NCBI GenBank assembly: GCA_964016885.1
Contig: OZ024740.1
Coordinates: forward strand, 345,526,001-345,590,000
Source: Eledone cirrhosa
Taxonomy: Eukaryota
Reading direction: 5' to 3'
DNA length: 64,000 nucleotides
Made by a program: the position numbers and the translations under genes. This document shows, one piece after another, positions 1 through 12,974 of the stretch (positions within the stretch are counted from its first letter, which is position 1; the number at the start of each line of letters is the position of its first letter). The notes below the pieces were generated by a model that did no database searches, had not been told where the DNA came from, and saw only the letters and a list, made by a program, of their open reading frames with translations.

Positions 1-1365
1 TTCTCTCCCTCTCTATATGTACCACACAACACTCTCTTCTAATACCGCTCACTCTATTAATTACCCCTAAACTCTTCCCCTATCTATTTCAACCACACGC
101 CACTCTCTCATTATCTCTCTCTCTATATCTATTACGACACTATATCTCCCAGCAACCCTCTCTATATCCATTACCACTAAAATCTCCCCTCTCTATATCT
201 ACCATACACATATCTCTCCCAACAGCTCTGTCTATATCTACTACCAGCAATCTCTCCTCCTCTCTTTATCTACCACACGGCACTCTCTCATTATCTTGCT
301 CTCTATATCCATAACCAATAAACTTTCCTCTTCACTATACCTACCATGAACCTATCTCCCCCAATACTTCTCTCTATATCTACCATACACCTACCTCCCC
401 CAAATCTCCTCTCTCTATATCTATCGTACCCCTCACTCTCCCAAAACCCCTCTCTATATCCACTACCTCTAATCTCTCCTCGTCACTCTATCTATCTGCA
501 CCTATTTCTCCCAACACCCCGCTCTATATCTACTACCACCAAACTCTCCCCCTCTCTTTATCTACCACACGACGCTCTCATGATTTCACTCATAATATCC
601 AGAACCACTAAATTATCCCACTCTCTATATCTACCGTACAGCACTCTGTCCCAACACCACACTTTATATCTATCATCTTCAAACACTACGCTTCTCTATA
701 TCAACCACACAGCACTCTCTCTATATCCCCCTCTCTAAATCTAACACAAATAATCCCCCCCCCCTCTCTATTTCTATTACGACACTATCTCTTCCCACAC
801 CCCTCTCTATTTCCATCATCACTAAACTCTCTCCTCTATATCTATCAAACTCATATCTCTCCCAACATCCCTCTCTGTATTTACTACAGGCATTCTCTAC
901 CCCTCTCTCTATCTACCACGCGGCACTCTCTTATTATCTTGTTCTCTATATCCATAACCACTAAACTCTTCCCCTCTCTATATCTACCATACATCTACCT
1001 CTCCCAGCAGCACTCTCTATATCTACTACCACCAATCTCACCCCTTCTCTATATGTACCATACAACAGTCTCTCCCAACAAGCCTCTGAATATCGACTAC
1101 TACCAAACTCTCCCCCTCTCTATATCTATCACACGGCACTCTCTCATTATATCACTCTCTATATCCATAACCACTAAACACTTCCCCTCTCTATATCTAC
1201 CGTACAACACTCTCTCCCAACACGTCTCTTTATATCTTCTACCTTCAAATTCTATCCCTCTCTATATCTACTATACGGCACTTTCTTCTAATTCACCTCA
1301 CTCTATTCATTACCACTAAATTCTCCCCCTCTCTATACCAACCACGCGGCAATTTCTCATTATCC
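1..1365. repeat. Degenerate C/T-rich minisatellite (core ctctctatatctacc, 30-40 bp monomers)
   Basis: Core recurs every 30-40 bp, G nearly absent on + strand; ORFs 346..738 and 939..1319 are by-products. Confidence 0.9.
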
Positions 1366-1390
1366 TTCTTTTTCTATATAAAACCAATAA

Positions 1391-1654
1391 TCTCCTTTAT
1401 ATTTATATTGTTCAGGAATAAAAATCTTCATATAATATACACGAACGGTAAAACGAAGTATCTGGTGTATCTGTAAGATTATATACATTTTTTTGGTCAC
1501 ACACACAGACACATACACACACACACACACACACGCGCGCACACCACAATCTAGCCTCATACTGTAAAGGAAACAAATATCCAATACTGTCAATTCCTCT
1601 TCTACCTGTCTTCTATCATTTGTGTACGCGGGCGAAGCTGGGTACTTCAGCTAG
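1391..1654 (+). mobile_element. Non-autonomous Helitron-like element
   Basis: Starts a|TC, ends gcgggcgaagctgggtacttcagCTAG|t (GCGAAGC mini-hairpin then CTAG), A|T site, internal (CA)n. 5' end less certain. Confidence 0.55.
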
Positions 1655-1952
1655 TATTATAACATACCCGTGAGGTACGTGATTCCTTCATACCCCCCTT
1701 ATTTAAGCTGCCTATATATATATATATGTGTGTGCGTCCGTGTCCGTCAGTCCATAAGGCCATTTTAATGTTGCACAATAAGTTACTAGGGTATTTATCT
1801 CAGGGCATCTTCAATGGAACTATCGTCGCTTAAATCCCAATCACACCTACATGTCTTTTGTTCCACTGAAGATATTTTGACACAAATTGGTAAGTCTTTT
1901 ATTTCATGAGACTAAAACGATCGAATAGAATAATACTGATATAGCGATAGGA

Positions 1953-2040
<88 letters not shown>

Positions 2041-2043
<3 letters not shown>

Positions 2044-2180
2044 TGTTATACTTTAGGCGCATCATGCTGCCAATAAAATTCGATTATATTGGCAGCATGA
2101 CCCTCCCAAAGTTTCATAATATATTTTTCAACACACTTTTTCAGATGAGAAATCTTGCAAAACAAATTCACAAACGAAGT
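2041..2180. mobile_element. Fold-back fragment of a PLE 3' end (family also at 9682-9820, 34204-34290, 52240-52330)
   Basis: catgctgccaata...tattggcagcatg inversion; shares atgaccctcccaaag and aatcttgc.aaacaaattca with the other copies; microsatellite flanks. Confidence 0.6.
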
Positions 2181-2221
2181 ATATATCTATATCTACATCT
2201 ATCTATCTATCTATCTATCTA

Positions 2222-2267
<46 letters not shown>

Positions 2268-2272
<5 letters not shown>

Positions 2273-2579
2273 AGAAATGTAAGCTATCGCCGTATTTTGA
2301 CTAAAGAAATTAAAGAAATTATTTAGCCTGATAGTTGGGTTAAGAACCCTCGGAGAAATAGAAAAAGATGAGTATTGACGTACATAGGAGTCGAACCCAC
2401 ATCTTTGGTTATCCGAAAGATGTGGGTTCGACTCCCATGTACGTCAATACTCATCTTTTTCCATTTCTCCGAGGGTTCTTAACCCCACTATCAGGCTAAA
2501 TAATTTCTTTAGTCAAAATACGGCGATAGCTTACATTTCTAATAATTTCAAACCCACACGCTGTTTCGAAAATATTCTT

Positions 2580-2581
<2 letters not shown>
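2268..2581. mobile_element. Head-to-head palindrome of a tRNA-headed SINE-like element
   Basis: 2268-2408 is the reverse complement of 2413-2545; B box GGTTCGACTCC in each arm; fuller copy at 28372-28563. Confidence 0.8.
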
Positions 2582-2611
<30 letters not shown>

Positions 2612-2639
2612 AGATAGTCCATCGACAAATCCCAGGCAG

Positions 2640-2720
2640 AAGGAGCACGTGAAATAAAATGTCTTGCTCAAGGACATAATGCATCATCCGGTCTGGGAAT
2701 TGAAATCACAACTCCTCGAT
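2640..2720 (-). mobile_element. SINE fragment (family of 52555-52860)
   Basis: cacgtgaaataaaatgtcttgctcaaggaca matches caacgtgaaataaagtgttttttgcacaagatca near 52745. Confidence 0.6.
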
Positions 2721-3124
2721 ATATATATATATACATCAGGAGGGAACGACTTTACTAGCGGCATGTCAGCATACCAACATAACTATTTCATATAATTGTG
2801 CTACCATCTGATGTTATCACATTGGTGCCTATTAATGATCTAACAACCATTGCATAATTAATAACCAACATTTCATTGAAATATCTATAGTTCAATAAAA
2901 TAATTATCCGACCACCATCTGTCTTAACATTATTTCGTATATAGGGTGCAACTTTGCTTTTCATAATTAATCAGACAATAGATACATCTTGAAATTCAGA
3001 CACAGCCATACAAACATATTATAAAGGTACTTAATTCTACACAGTGTATTAGTATGGTTACTTCATATGTAAATATACTTTAAGTTGTTGAACTGACGTT
3101 CCAACGAGTATCCTCCACCACCAA

Positions 3125-3410
3125 CTAACTTTCCTTCTGCCTCTGGGTATAGGCCGAAAGGATGGAGAATGCATTGCCGTGGAGGACGATGAGAGAGACA
3201 CACTGAAACAGCCACTGCATCTCATGTGGCTCACACATACGGGCGGCCAACTTCACCCTGATAGCAGTGAGTAAGGGGCCAAGAACGCTGGAAGTCTCCA
3301 CTGCCACAATCTCTACCACAAACCTATCCGCTAGCGGCCGATAGTTGGATTGTAAGCCTTCTTCGGCTTGGCGGGCAGCAGAACCTGAGCAAGTAGCCGA
3401 ACGCTTAAGT
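3125..3410 (-). mobile_element. CRE-clade non-LTR retrotransposon, C-terminal restriction-like endonuclease fragment
   Basis: Translates GSAARQAEEGLQSNYRPLADRFVVEIVAVETSSVLG...EPHEMQWLFQCVSLIVLHGNAFSIL, fitting the AA..AE..K..KY / AVET.G / FQR.S....GNA pattern. Confidence 0.75.
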
Positions 3411-3499
3411 TTTGCAATTTGAGTAGTTGTTCAAAAGTTATACATACATTCTCATGAAAAATCATTTATTTACAAAATATACTATTTAAACACATAATC

Positions 3500-4420
3500 A
3501 AATCCATACCTATCCCCTTTTCAAGGACAATGCAAACCCTTATACCATTAGCTTAATATTTTATGTTTTCCAGTATTCGTATTTAATATAAATGTCTCTT
3601 TATATCATTTTAGGTTGCCGCCAATATATTTAGAAGGAAGCATATCCCTGATGCACATAGCAATTCTAATATTCATACATGGTAACTGTCCCCTTAGTTT
3701 CCATTGTAGCTTCTATTTTCATTAGTTATCTCCACATACTCTAATCCCAAATTCCATCCCACATTCGTTAAATCTATTTATTGTTCCTAATAAATGAACA
3801 ATTTGATATTCATTCTTTGCCGGCAGTCTCAGTTCATATATAAAGAGAAGATAATATACTTCATGCTACCTACTCCCAATTATGAATCCATTCCTTTTCA
3901 TTCTGAGTTGCCGTGTTAATCGTATACTGCATATCACAAAAGCAAAACAAATCCCCACAAAGAAAAAAAATAATGATAATAAATATGACTAACACTAAAA
4001 TATTATTCACTTGATCTTTATATTTTCTCTTCACCAAAATAGTTTTCTGCATTTCTATCTTCTCCTACCCTTTTATAATCATGCTTCATATGTTATCTGC
4101 TATTCCTACTACCATTTTCTATCATATAAGAATCAAGAACAATATTAAAAGCCTCTTTATATTCGGTATATGCCACTGAGATTTATATGATAATTATTAC
4201 CTTCAATCTTCCTTCAGTAAACCTTTCTGCTCTGGTAGTAATATATCCTTGTTAAACGCATATCTATGTATACGAACGGGTAAATGGCTTTCTAAGAAAG
4301 GAGAATCCAGTAATTTCCTTTCTAGATGCTATGGAATCAATTGGTTTAAATCTTAATTATATACATCTAAATTGATAATACGCATAGTATAATAATTGGG
4401 AATATATTCGTCTCCGTTGA
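3500..4420 (-). mobile_element. Highly degenerate R4/Dong-like RT remnant
   Basis: Scattered peptides DILLPEQKG, NLSGIYRIKEAFNIV, FNECGMEFGIRVC in RT order, many stops. Confidence 0.4.
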
Positions 4421-5142
4421 TCTTCGAATATTCTTCGAACATTCAACTATTCTGCTATTCTGACCAACCACTGTGATCGATAGACTGTTTTCAAGTGCTT
4501 TTATGAAAATCGAACTGCTTATTTATAATGAATGTAAACGAGAAACTGTTTACAAATGTATAGTTTTCTCTCAGGTGTGTACATCCTAAAGTTTATTCAT
4601 TTTTTCATATTAGCTATTATAATTGTCAATGAGTTCTATATTATTAAGAAAAACGTTATCAGTCTAAAGAAATTCAGAAACGTTGCCGTTGTTTCGGCCT
4701 TTTAAAATATAGAACAACTATAGATTCTGTAAGAGCCTGTAAAAATTTAAAAGTGTCATGTGCTGAAGTCGGCTCAAACGACAATATTTCTCCTTAATAA
4801 ATATTGCTAGCTTAGTTCATCCTTTGGTTTAACACAATTACTTAAGTACTACATGGCTTTAACCTAGTTCATTCTGATGCAAAAATTCTGATCAGATACC
4901 AGATGTGAGTATCACTTCCACCTTCCTGCCATTAGTCTCTGGGGTTGTGAAAATGATCACATATACCCCCCTTCCTCCTTTTAATACACTATAAGTTGTG
5001 AGAAATTCTTAAGTTTATCAACATTTTGTGGCCAATAGTATAACGCATCAGTCAAGTAATGGAATCCATATAATCGATTTCCCGCTCTGTACAAAATTGT
5101 TGGTCTTGTGTCTAAATCAGAAACAATTATTATTGTGTCTCG

Positions 5143-5350
5143 TTATCGAGAGAGCATCGGACACTATGCTTCCAGCATATTGCTACGTCTCTTTACGTTC
5201 TGACTTCAAATCCTGCCGAGCTTAATTTTGCCTTTCATCCTTACGGGGTTGATAAAATAAAGAATCAGTAATGCACTGGAGTCGATTTAATCGACTTTCC
5301 CTACCCCAAAATTGCTGGCCTTGTGCCTATAGTAGAAATCATCATTATTA
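5143..5350 (+). mobile_element. tRNA-derived SINE family A, copy 1 (extra tail fragment at ~5050-5133)
   Basis: ttcaaatcc B-box remnant, tttgcctttcatccttacggggttgataaaataaag body, gtcgatttaatcgac, ttgctggccttgtgcc tail. Confidence 0.85.
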
Positions 5351-5879
5351 TTATTATGTTCGTTCGTTTGTCGACACCTGCTGAGGATCGCTCTTGTAAG
5401 TTTGTTGTTATTCCTATTTTGTTTGAACATGTGATGTTGTTTTATAGTTAAACTAACCAGTATCTTCGGGAGCTGGTTACTTTCTCTCTTCCTGAAACAC
5501 TCAGGGGTTGTATCAGTATTTGTTTGCAAAACATAAACCTCTATCGGTTTTCAAAATAAGATGCCGGAGGACTAAAATTCCTCCCCTATACTCAAAAGCT
5601 TTCTTTCCACAAGACAGAACAGTCACTACTGTCAAAACCACCGCTACAAGCAAGACCGACAATAACAGTAAGTTTACCAACAACAGCAACAGCAGCAGCA
5701 ACAGTAACAACAATAAATGTACCAACAAGAAAAATAGTAGGCTGTCTATAAGATTGAACAGCGACAACAGTACATTTACAGCAATGGCTATCAAAGCAAC
5801 TGAACAACTGAACAACATGACCTTGGCAGAAAAGAAGACATGTTTGGACCAAGCGGCCAAGTAAATTAATGTAGAAAAA

Positions 5880-6180
5880 GTCTTGGGCTGATCCCTAAGG
5901 AATAGCAAAATATCCACAAAAACTGATCTACAAATACGTAGAAACACCACTACAACCACCATGAATGGACAACGTAAAAGGACACAGGGATCTCTCAACG
6001 AATATCTCTATCACTCACTCCCCACTTTATTTCTCTCTCTCTCTCCGTGTCCTCTAATCACAAACACACGCGTAAATACTGATATAAACACACACACAGT
6101 CACCCATATTAGAGACAAAACCCACAGACAGGAGTACCTCCTCATCTGGAATTGAAGATAAAAGGTAACCCCAATATACC
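5880..6180 (+). mobile_element. Possible very degenerate PLE GIY-YIG remnant
   Basis: KLIYKY...TTMNGQRKRTQGSLNEYLYH resembles PLE endonuclease motifs; frameshifted. Confidence 0.3.
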
Positions 6181-6549
6181 CGAAACAAAAAAAAAAAGAA
6201 AACAAAAAGATTCATCTTCCACACACTTACAAACACACACCAAAATACATAGAAAACACACCCACAACAAATAGACACATCTAAAACATCACCAAACCCA
6301 CCAAAACCATAACCTTTAACACAAATTTACCAGTCTCTTCAGGAAAACTTTCGATCCTCAGACTATGGTCGACTTACAGAAATCCCTGGCTTGGCAGAGC
6401 TACTGGGAAAAACTGCTGGTTTCAGACAAATTCTACAGGCAGGGAAATGCTGTTAGACCAGTGGTGACAACTGGCTACAAAACGACTAGAATGGGACATT
6501 AACAAATGGCTGTACATTTGCGGGAACATGATTGATTGATAATTATATA

Positions 6550-6665
6550 ATTGTTTCTACTTTTTGGCACAAGGCCAGCGATTACCCAGTGCATTACTGG
6601 TACTTTATTTCATCGACCCCGTAAGGATGAAAGGCAAAGTTAACCTCGGCGGGATTTGAACTGAG
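6550..6665 (-). mobile_element. SINE family A, copy 2 (short-tail subtype, 5' truncated)
   Basis: ctggtactttatttcatcgaccccgtaaggatgaaaggcaaagttaacctcggcgggatttgaact. Confidence 0.9.
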
Positions 6666-6858
6666 TTACTGCAATAATTATATAATATTCGCTAATAACA
6701 TATTACATAAATAACATTTCAACAATTTTATATTTCAAATGTTCTTGTTTTAACTGTCATTAAAGTAATTTTAAGACAAATACTGCGAAGCACCATGTAA
6801 GAAACATTTGATAATTGAATGCGAAACACCATTTTAATATGATATATTAATTTTGAGG

Positions 6859-7654
6859 AACCAGGCAAATAGACTTCGTCCAAGATCGCAGATTGCCAGC
6901 GACTCTATAATTTTACAGAAATCATATTTTGTAAATAAAAATCTGTATTTCAATTTGGATACAATACATTATTTAGTGGAACAAACGGTGTTGTGTGAGA
7001 ACAAAATAAATGGGTGTCCTGGACCACGTGATTTCAACGTGGCACCCCCGTATCTTGTGAATGCATATGCGAAACACCATGTACAGAAACTACGTGTTAT
7101 TTCCGAAAACATCCAGAAAGTGCACGCAGGAACGGAGTTTTAGTCCTAATATTTTATTGATGGTTCTGTTCGTGACATCATCGGTTACTAAACGTAGCAG
7201 CTCTAGACAATGGCATCATCACGTGACCTTCTAAAGAAGAAGGCTATCAGGGCCGGTCGATAGAACTAATCACACTAAACAGCTTGAAAATCAGGCCAGA
7301 AGATATCAACCAAGTGTGTTTTAAAAACAAAAACAAAAACAAAATAAACAACAACAAACAAACAATCAATCAAAACAAGCAGTAGTGCATAATATATTGA
7401 AATCGAATTAATATAATAAAATATATAACATTCAACTTACGATCCTAGGCAAATCCGTTACTGGGGCGAAGTAAATATTAATTTTAAATAACCAGACAAA
7501 TAGAATTTGTCCAAGATCACCGTTTGTCAGTCTCTCCATGATTTTACAGAAATCGTAATTTGCAAATACAAATCTGTGTATCAGAATGGACACAGTATGT
7601 TACATAGTGGAACAAACGGTGTTGTGTGGGATCGCAATAAATGGGAGTCCCGGA
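6859..7654 (+). repeat. Diverged ~165 bp direct repeat (6859-7023 and 7490-7654)
   Basis: Shared gtccaagatc, attttacagaaatc, tagtggaacaaacggtgttgtgtg, aataaatggg.gtcc.gga. Confidence 0.8.
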
Positions 7655-8005
7655 TAAATGAAAATAAAAAAAAGTTTTTCATAAAACTCATGATTATTTT
7701 AGCAGTTAATTGGAGCACACAGCGGGTGTATTTTAGTTAGAACAATGAAAATGTCAATATGTTTTAATGGAAGTTTTGAATATTAGGCAAAAGTAGGATT
7801 TTATTATTTTCTCTAGAATGAGCCAGCAACAACTGAAGTACGGCTATTAAGCTCATGTGTGTTTAAAACAATAACGATTTGTATACATTTGGAGATCTGC
7901 GAAAATTCATCCTCAAATAGATTGGATTACTGTTTTTTAAGTAAAGAACTCGCAGGTAATTGAAAGGTTTAATTAAACACATAGTAAAGGAAAGATTTAA
8001 GCAGT

Positions 8006-8186
8006 TTGGCAGTATCGGTAGAGAGTCGGATGCCATGCTTTCCAGCATAGTTACGTCCCTTTACGGTCTGAGTTCAAATCCCGCCGAGGTTCACTTTGCC
8101 TTTCATCCTTATGGAGGCGATAAAATAAAGTACCGTAATGTACTGGGTAATTGCTGGCCTTGTACCAAAAGTAGAAACAATTATTA
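8006..8186 (+). mobile_element. SINE family A, copy 3 (short-tail subtype)
   Basis: A box tggcagtatcgg, B box gagttcaaatcc, same body and tail. Confidence 0.9.
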
Positions 8187-9256
8187 AAAGGAAAGTCGAG
8201 ACAGAGATGTAGGCAACTGTAATACTGGAAGCTAAAATCTAATTATTAATTGAAGCACTAAACAAAATAAAATCAAATTATGAATAATATTCCAAACAAT
8301 GAAGAAGAGCAAGAGAGTTTGGTGCAGTTTATACCAACAATAAAATAGAATGCTGGAATAAAGTTTACAAAAAAATTATAATTTGAAACGAGAACAAAAG
8401 AGGACAATAACTTGAAAATAGTAAATGGAAGAATGACACCATAAGCTTTCTATCTTTTAGTGGTTTTGCCTTTTGTTATAAAAAATGTTAAACGAACCTG
8501 ATTGTGACGTTATCTGTATTGAAAAGCTGAGGGTTAATAGGATGATCGTCACATCTATTTGCATCAGAATGTTATTAGATTACAATTTAGGACGAAAACA
8601 AATCTATATCAAATAACCTGAAACAAAGATATGTATTTACGTATGAAGAAATCCTGTGATGAATGTATGACCTATACGTTAATTGACCATATTCCTTCAG
8701 AATGACATGCGGATATCTTCCCCAAAGGAAAACAATTCCTTTCATTAACATCACATTGAGATTGATGATGATGGATCGTCCGCAGGTTTCAATGATGAGC
8801 ATTCATTTGTTCAAACAACTGAATTAACCGCTCTTTAAATTTATGACCGAGTATTTTATTAACAGACGTTCTCTTAACGTAATGTACCTAACAAATCAGT
8901 AGCATACGTCATCCGTGATATGGTTAGAGTTGCAATCCATCCGAATGATTTCAATATAGATTCTGTTTAGAAAGTGTCATAGATAAAACTTGCGATGAAA
9001 GTAAAATATAGTTCTGAATGATGCAAACAGTGAAATCAAACACAGGACATCATGATTGAATATGCATATTGAAAAAAAAAAATCATGCATACACATTTGT
9101 TATTGTCGTTGTTTACACACAAATCTGATCTTATGAAGTTTCACAAGACCCAAGACATTTCAGCAATGGGTAATCTTACTTTCAGAGGTACGTTTCATAC
9201 GAATAGTGTAGTTTGCATGGCTTAATTGCTAGTTGTACAAGAGAGTCTGATTATAT

Positions 9257-9447
9257 AATTGTTTCTACTTTTGATAAAAGGCCAGCAATTATCCCAGTGT
9301 ATTACTGGTACTTTATTTTATCGACCCTGTAAAGATGAAAGGCAGAGTTAAACTCGGCGGGATTTGAACTAAGATCATAAAGGGCCGTAGCGCTTTGCTG
9401 CAAATCAAGGCGTCCGACCTTCTACCGATACTGCCAATCCACCGCCC
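9257..9447 (-). mobile_element. SINE family A, copy 4 (short-tail subtype)
   Basis: Full head ctaccgatactgccaatccaccgcc and body on - strand. Confidence 0.9.
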
Positions 9448-9597
9448 TCCTGATCATATAATGTCTCCATTGTTGGGTCGTTATGATATTATACTAATAT
9501 CTGGTCATTGGCTCAGTGTATATATACTGAAGTAAGCATCAACAGATTGTTAGATAATTAACGAAACAAGAAGTATATCATATATATATATATATAC

Positions 9598-9681
<84 letters not shown>

Positions 9682-9687
<6 letters not shown>

Positions 9688-9816
9688 ATGCTTTGGGAGG
9701 GTCATGTTGCCAATAAGAAACACACGCACCAGTTGTTCCACTTTAACTTATTATAACAATATCGGTTTCAACATACGTTTTCAGATAAAGAATCTTGCTA
9801 AACAAATTCAGAAACG

Positions 9817-9820
<4 letters not shown>
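9682..9820. mobile_element. Fold-back PLE 3'-end fragment in (TA)n
   Basis: ttgttatgctttgggagggtcatgttgccaat (one orientation) joined to ataacaatatcgg...gaaacgaaat (other orientation); homologous to 2041 and 34204. Confidence 0.6.
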
Positions 9821-9869
<49 letters not shown>

Positions 9870-10973
9870 CGTGTGTGTGTGTGCGTGTGCGTATGTGCGT
9901 GTGCGTGTGCGTGCGTGTGTGTGTATATCGGGAAGTTACTTGAAAATATATAAGTAAAAATATATGTACACTCATCGAAATATGATTTGTTATCTACTTT
10001 TGAAAAATTACTGAAAAATCGTTAGAAAGGTCCTACACAATCATCTCTCTAATTATCATACACAGAAAGCGTGATATATTAATTTATTCACATATCTGTT
10101 CAGTATCATATGTGTAAAACACTTGTAAGCAAGATCGAAGGCTATTGTTAATGTTGTTTTAGTTTTGACAACTAACTGAATAATTCTATCATATATGCTA
10201 CGACAAATCATTATGTGAGGAAAATCTATTTTAACCATTCAGTCTTTGGGAAATTACTCAATAAATATTGGCTGCAGTGCTTGCAAGATTTTAACAATTT
10301 AACAATTCTGATAATTTGTAATGTCTTGTAAATGTTATGCTTACCCCATGATAAAATATCACACATCTGTGCCTGTTAATGTTGTGTGACATAATAGTGC
10401 AATAGTTTGTATAAGTATTAATGTTGTACGTTAAACTCTAGATATATTCGAAGAATAAGGTTGTTATGCCACTTTCTGAAGATCAGTATTAATTTGTTGC
10501 AAAATATTTTTAAAATGTGCCTTATTTTAAGTAAGACTTATATATGTTCTCGATTTTACTGTTATCCGCAAAAAGCTCAATCAAATAAAAAATAGAAAAT
10601 GCCTGTTTTGCAAATAACAATGAAACAAGATGCTACAGAATCTGACTTGACAAAATAACTTATCAAAGAAAAGATCCTGGAAAACAAATTGGAGGACAAG
10701 TTCATGAGCCATAAATAACCATAGACACACAATTTGATCTCCTACGCCATCAACAACATCACTTTTTAAATCCAACTATGTAACAGCAGCATTATTGAAC
10801 GCCGCCAGCACTATCGTCGTCATGCATCGTATTATTCGTCGTTGCGTTTGTAGGAGTAGTTTTTATAATGGAGGAAACAATTGCAAAAGTAACAATAGCA
10901 GCTAACAAAACCAACCACCAGTTTGAGGAATAACAACAGCTACAACAATACAAACTACAACAGATATAATAAC

Positions 10974-11187
10974 GATTTCTACAATAGGCACAAGGCCAGT
11001 AATTTGGGGGAGAGGAAAGTCGATTAAATCGACCCCAGTGCATTACTGGTACTTTTTTTATCGACCCCGTAAGGATGAAAGGCAAAGTTAACATCGGCGG
11101 GATTTGAACTCAGAACGCAAAAGGCCATAACTCTATGCTGCAAGGCATGGTGTCTGACGCTCTACCGATACTGCCAATCCACCGCCA
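10974..11187 (-). mobile_element. SINE family A, copy 5 (long-tail subtype)
   Basis: Full length, includes gtcgattaaatcgac palindrome. Confidence 0.9.
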
Positions 11188-11718
11188 TTACAACAGATAT
11201 AATAACAATAGTTGTAGATATTTCTAGAACCACAAGAACGAAACAACAACAGTATTAACAGCAGCACCATAAACAATTGTAGACATTACAAAAGCCATCA
11301 TTGTAGCAACATCCCCAGTTCAACAAATATTCAACAGCTATAACTATTGTAGGCACTGCAGAAGACACAACTGTAGCAACACACCAAAAGTAGCAACAGC
11401 AACTACAACAAAAACAATAATAACAGCAATAACAACACAAAAACGAAACTGATAACAGTTGTAGGTAGTAGACATTGCAAAGATGGAAATAATTTCCTAG
11501 TTAACTGTGTGAGGTCTTTCCCATCTTTCCATCTTTCATCCTTCAGCTATTTAACGTTGACGGTGTTAAACATGAATGTTTGGCGTAGTTATAATATTTG
11601 CGTGTAGGTTGTGATGACAGTGTACCACTAATGACCTGGGTGGTTTTGTGGCTATTCTTGTTACTGTTGTTATTTCTATTTGTTTATTATATATATATAT
11701 GAAATAAATAAATATATA

Positions 11719-11752
11719 TAAATGAAAAGTAGAAATAAAACCATACAAAGTA

Positions 11753-11828
<76 letters not shown>

Positions 11829-11860
11829 CTTTGTATGGTTTTGTTTCTACTTTTCATTTA
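11719..11860. repeat. Near-perfect palindrome with (TA)n centre
   Basis: taaatgaaaagtagaaataaaaccatacaaagtaat-(TA)n-attactttgtatggttttgtttctacttttcattta. Confidence 0.9.
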
Positions 11861-12057
11861 TTTTATTAAAAATCATTCCAAGCAATCAACAACAGAAAGG
11901 CAATGAAAGTAAAATTGCGGTTTTTCAAGAATCTTGCAGTATTTCAACACTGTAACATAAAGCTGCTGTATATAAGGGGTGAACTTATTTTAGTCTTCTT
12001 ATTTGACTTTTCACAACAATTTTATATGCATACAACATACATATATAGATAGACATT

Positions 12058-12113
<56 letters not shown>

Positions 12114-12126
12114 CACACAGACACAC

Positions 12127-12175
<49 letters not shown>

Positions 12176-12188
12176 CACACAGACACAC

Positions 12189-12231
<43 letters not shown>

Positions 12232-12606
12232 TGCGTGAGTGTGTGAATGTGTTTCAAAGAGTGCAATAGAAACCAGTGGTGATTCTTATGAATTTTATGG
12301 ATTTACAGACTTTAAAAAAAACAACAACAATAAAACTATAAATAAAAAAAAATTATTAAACATCAAATGATTTATGTCTGGTAACAATAAGCACGTGGCA
12401 AAAAAAAAATGCAAAATGAATGAATAGATAATTACAAATAAAACATATATATTTATCCTATGAAAGAAGCTCATCAAAAAACATTGAAAACTTGTAATAC
12501 AAATATGTTCAAAAACATTACAACTTACCCGTGAATGTTTAATTTAAAAAAAGAAAAAGAAAACTGATAATAAAAATATAGTTAGATATTATCATATGCT
12601 GATACA

Positions 12607-12826
12607 CGGTAGATTGGCAGAATCGGTAAAGCGCCTGACAACATGCTTTTCAGCATAGAGTTACAGCCCTTTACGTTCTGAGTTCAAATCCCGCCGAGGT
12701 TAGCTTTGCCTTTCATCCTTATGGGATCGATAAAATAAAGTACCAGAAATGCAATGGGGTCGATTTAATCGACTATCCTCTCCCTTTCAAATTGCTGGTT
12801 ATGTACCTAAATCAGAAACCATTATA
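12607..12826 (+). mobile_element. SINE family A, copy 6 (long-tail subtype)
   Basis: A box tggcagaatcgg, B box gagttcaaatcc, body and tail. Confidence 0.9.
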
Positions 12827-12974
12827 TGCTGTTATAACGGAGGATTTGCGAAAAACTCCTGGACACACTCACCTGCAGGATTCGAAACCATACTTGCTGT
12901 ATGCGGTATACGACAGACACGATTTTGATTAACAACAAAGTATTTATTAATATTAATATAAAATTATCGAGGCA

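Noticed and set aside
5508-5998. Asn-rich and hydrophobic ORFs
   Set aside because: Derived from degenerate (AAC/AGC)n repeats.
6328-6370. Minus-strand CTGAGGA-tc-GAAA motif
   Set aside because: No stem II and no consistent stem I/III.
9760-9820. Hammerhead in the 2041/9682 family
   Set aside because: CAGATRAR and GAAAC present but stems and cleavage triplet do not assemble on either strand.
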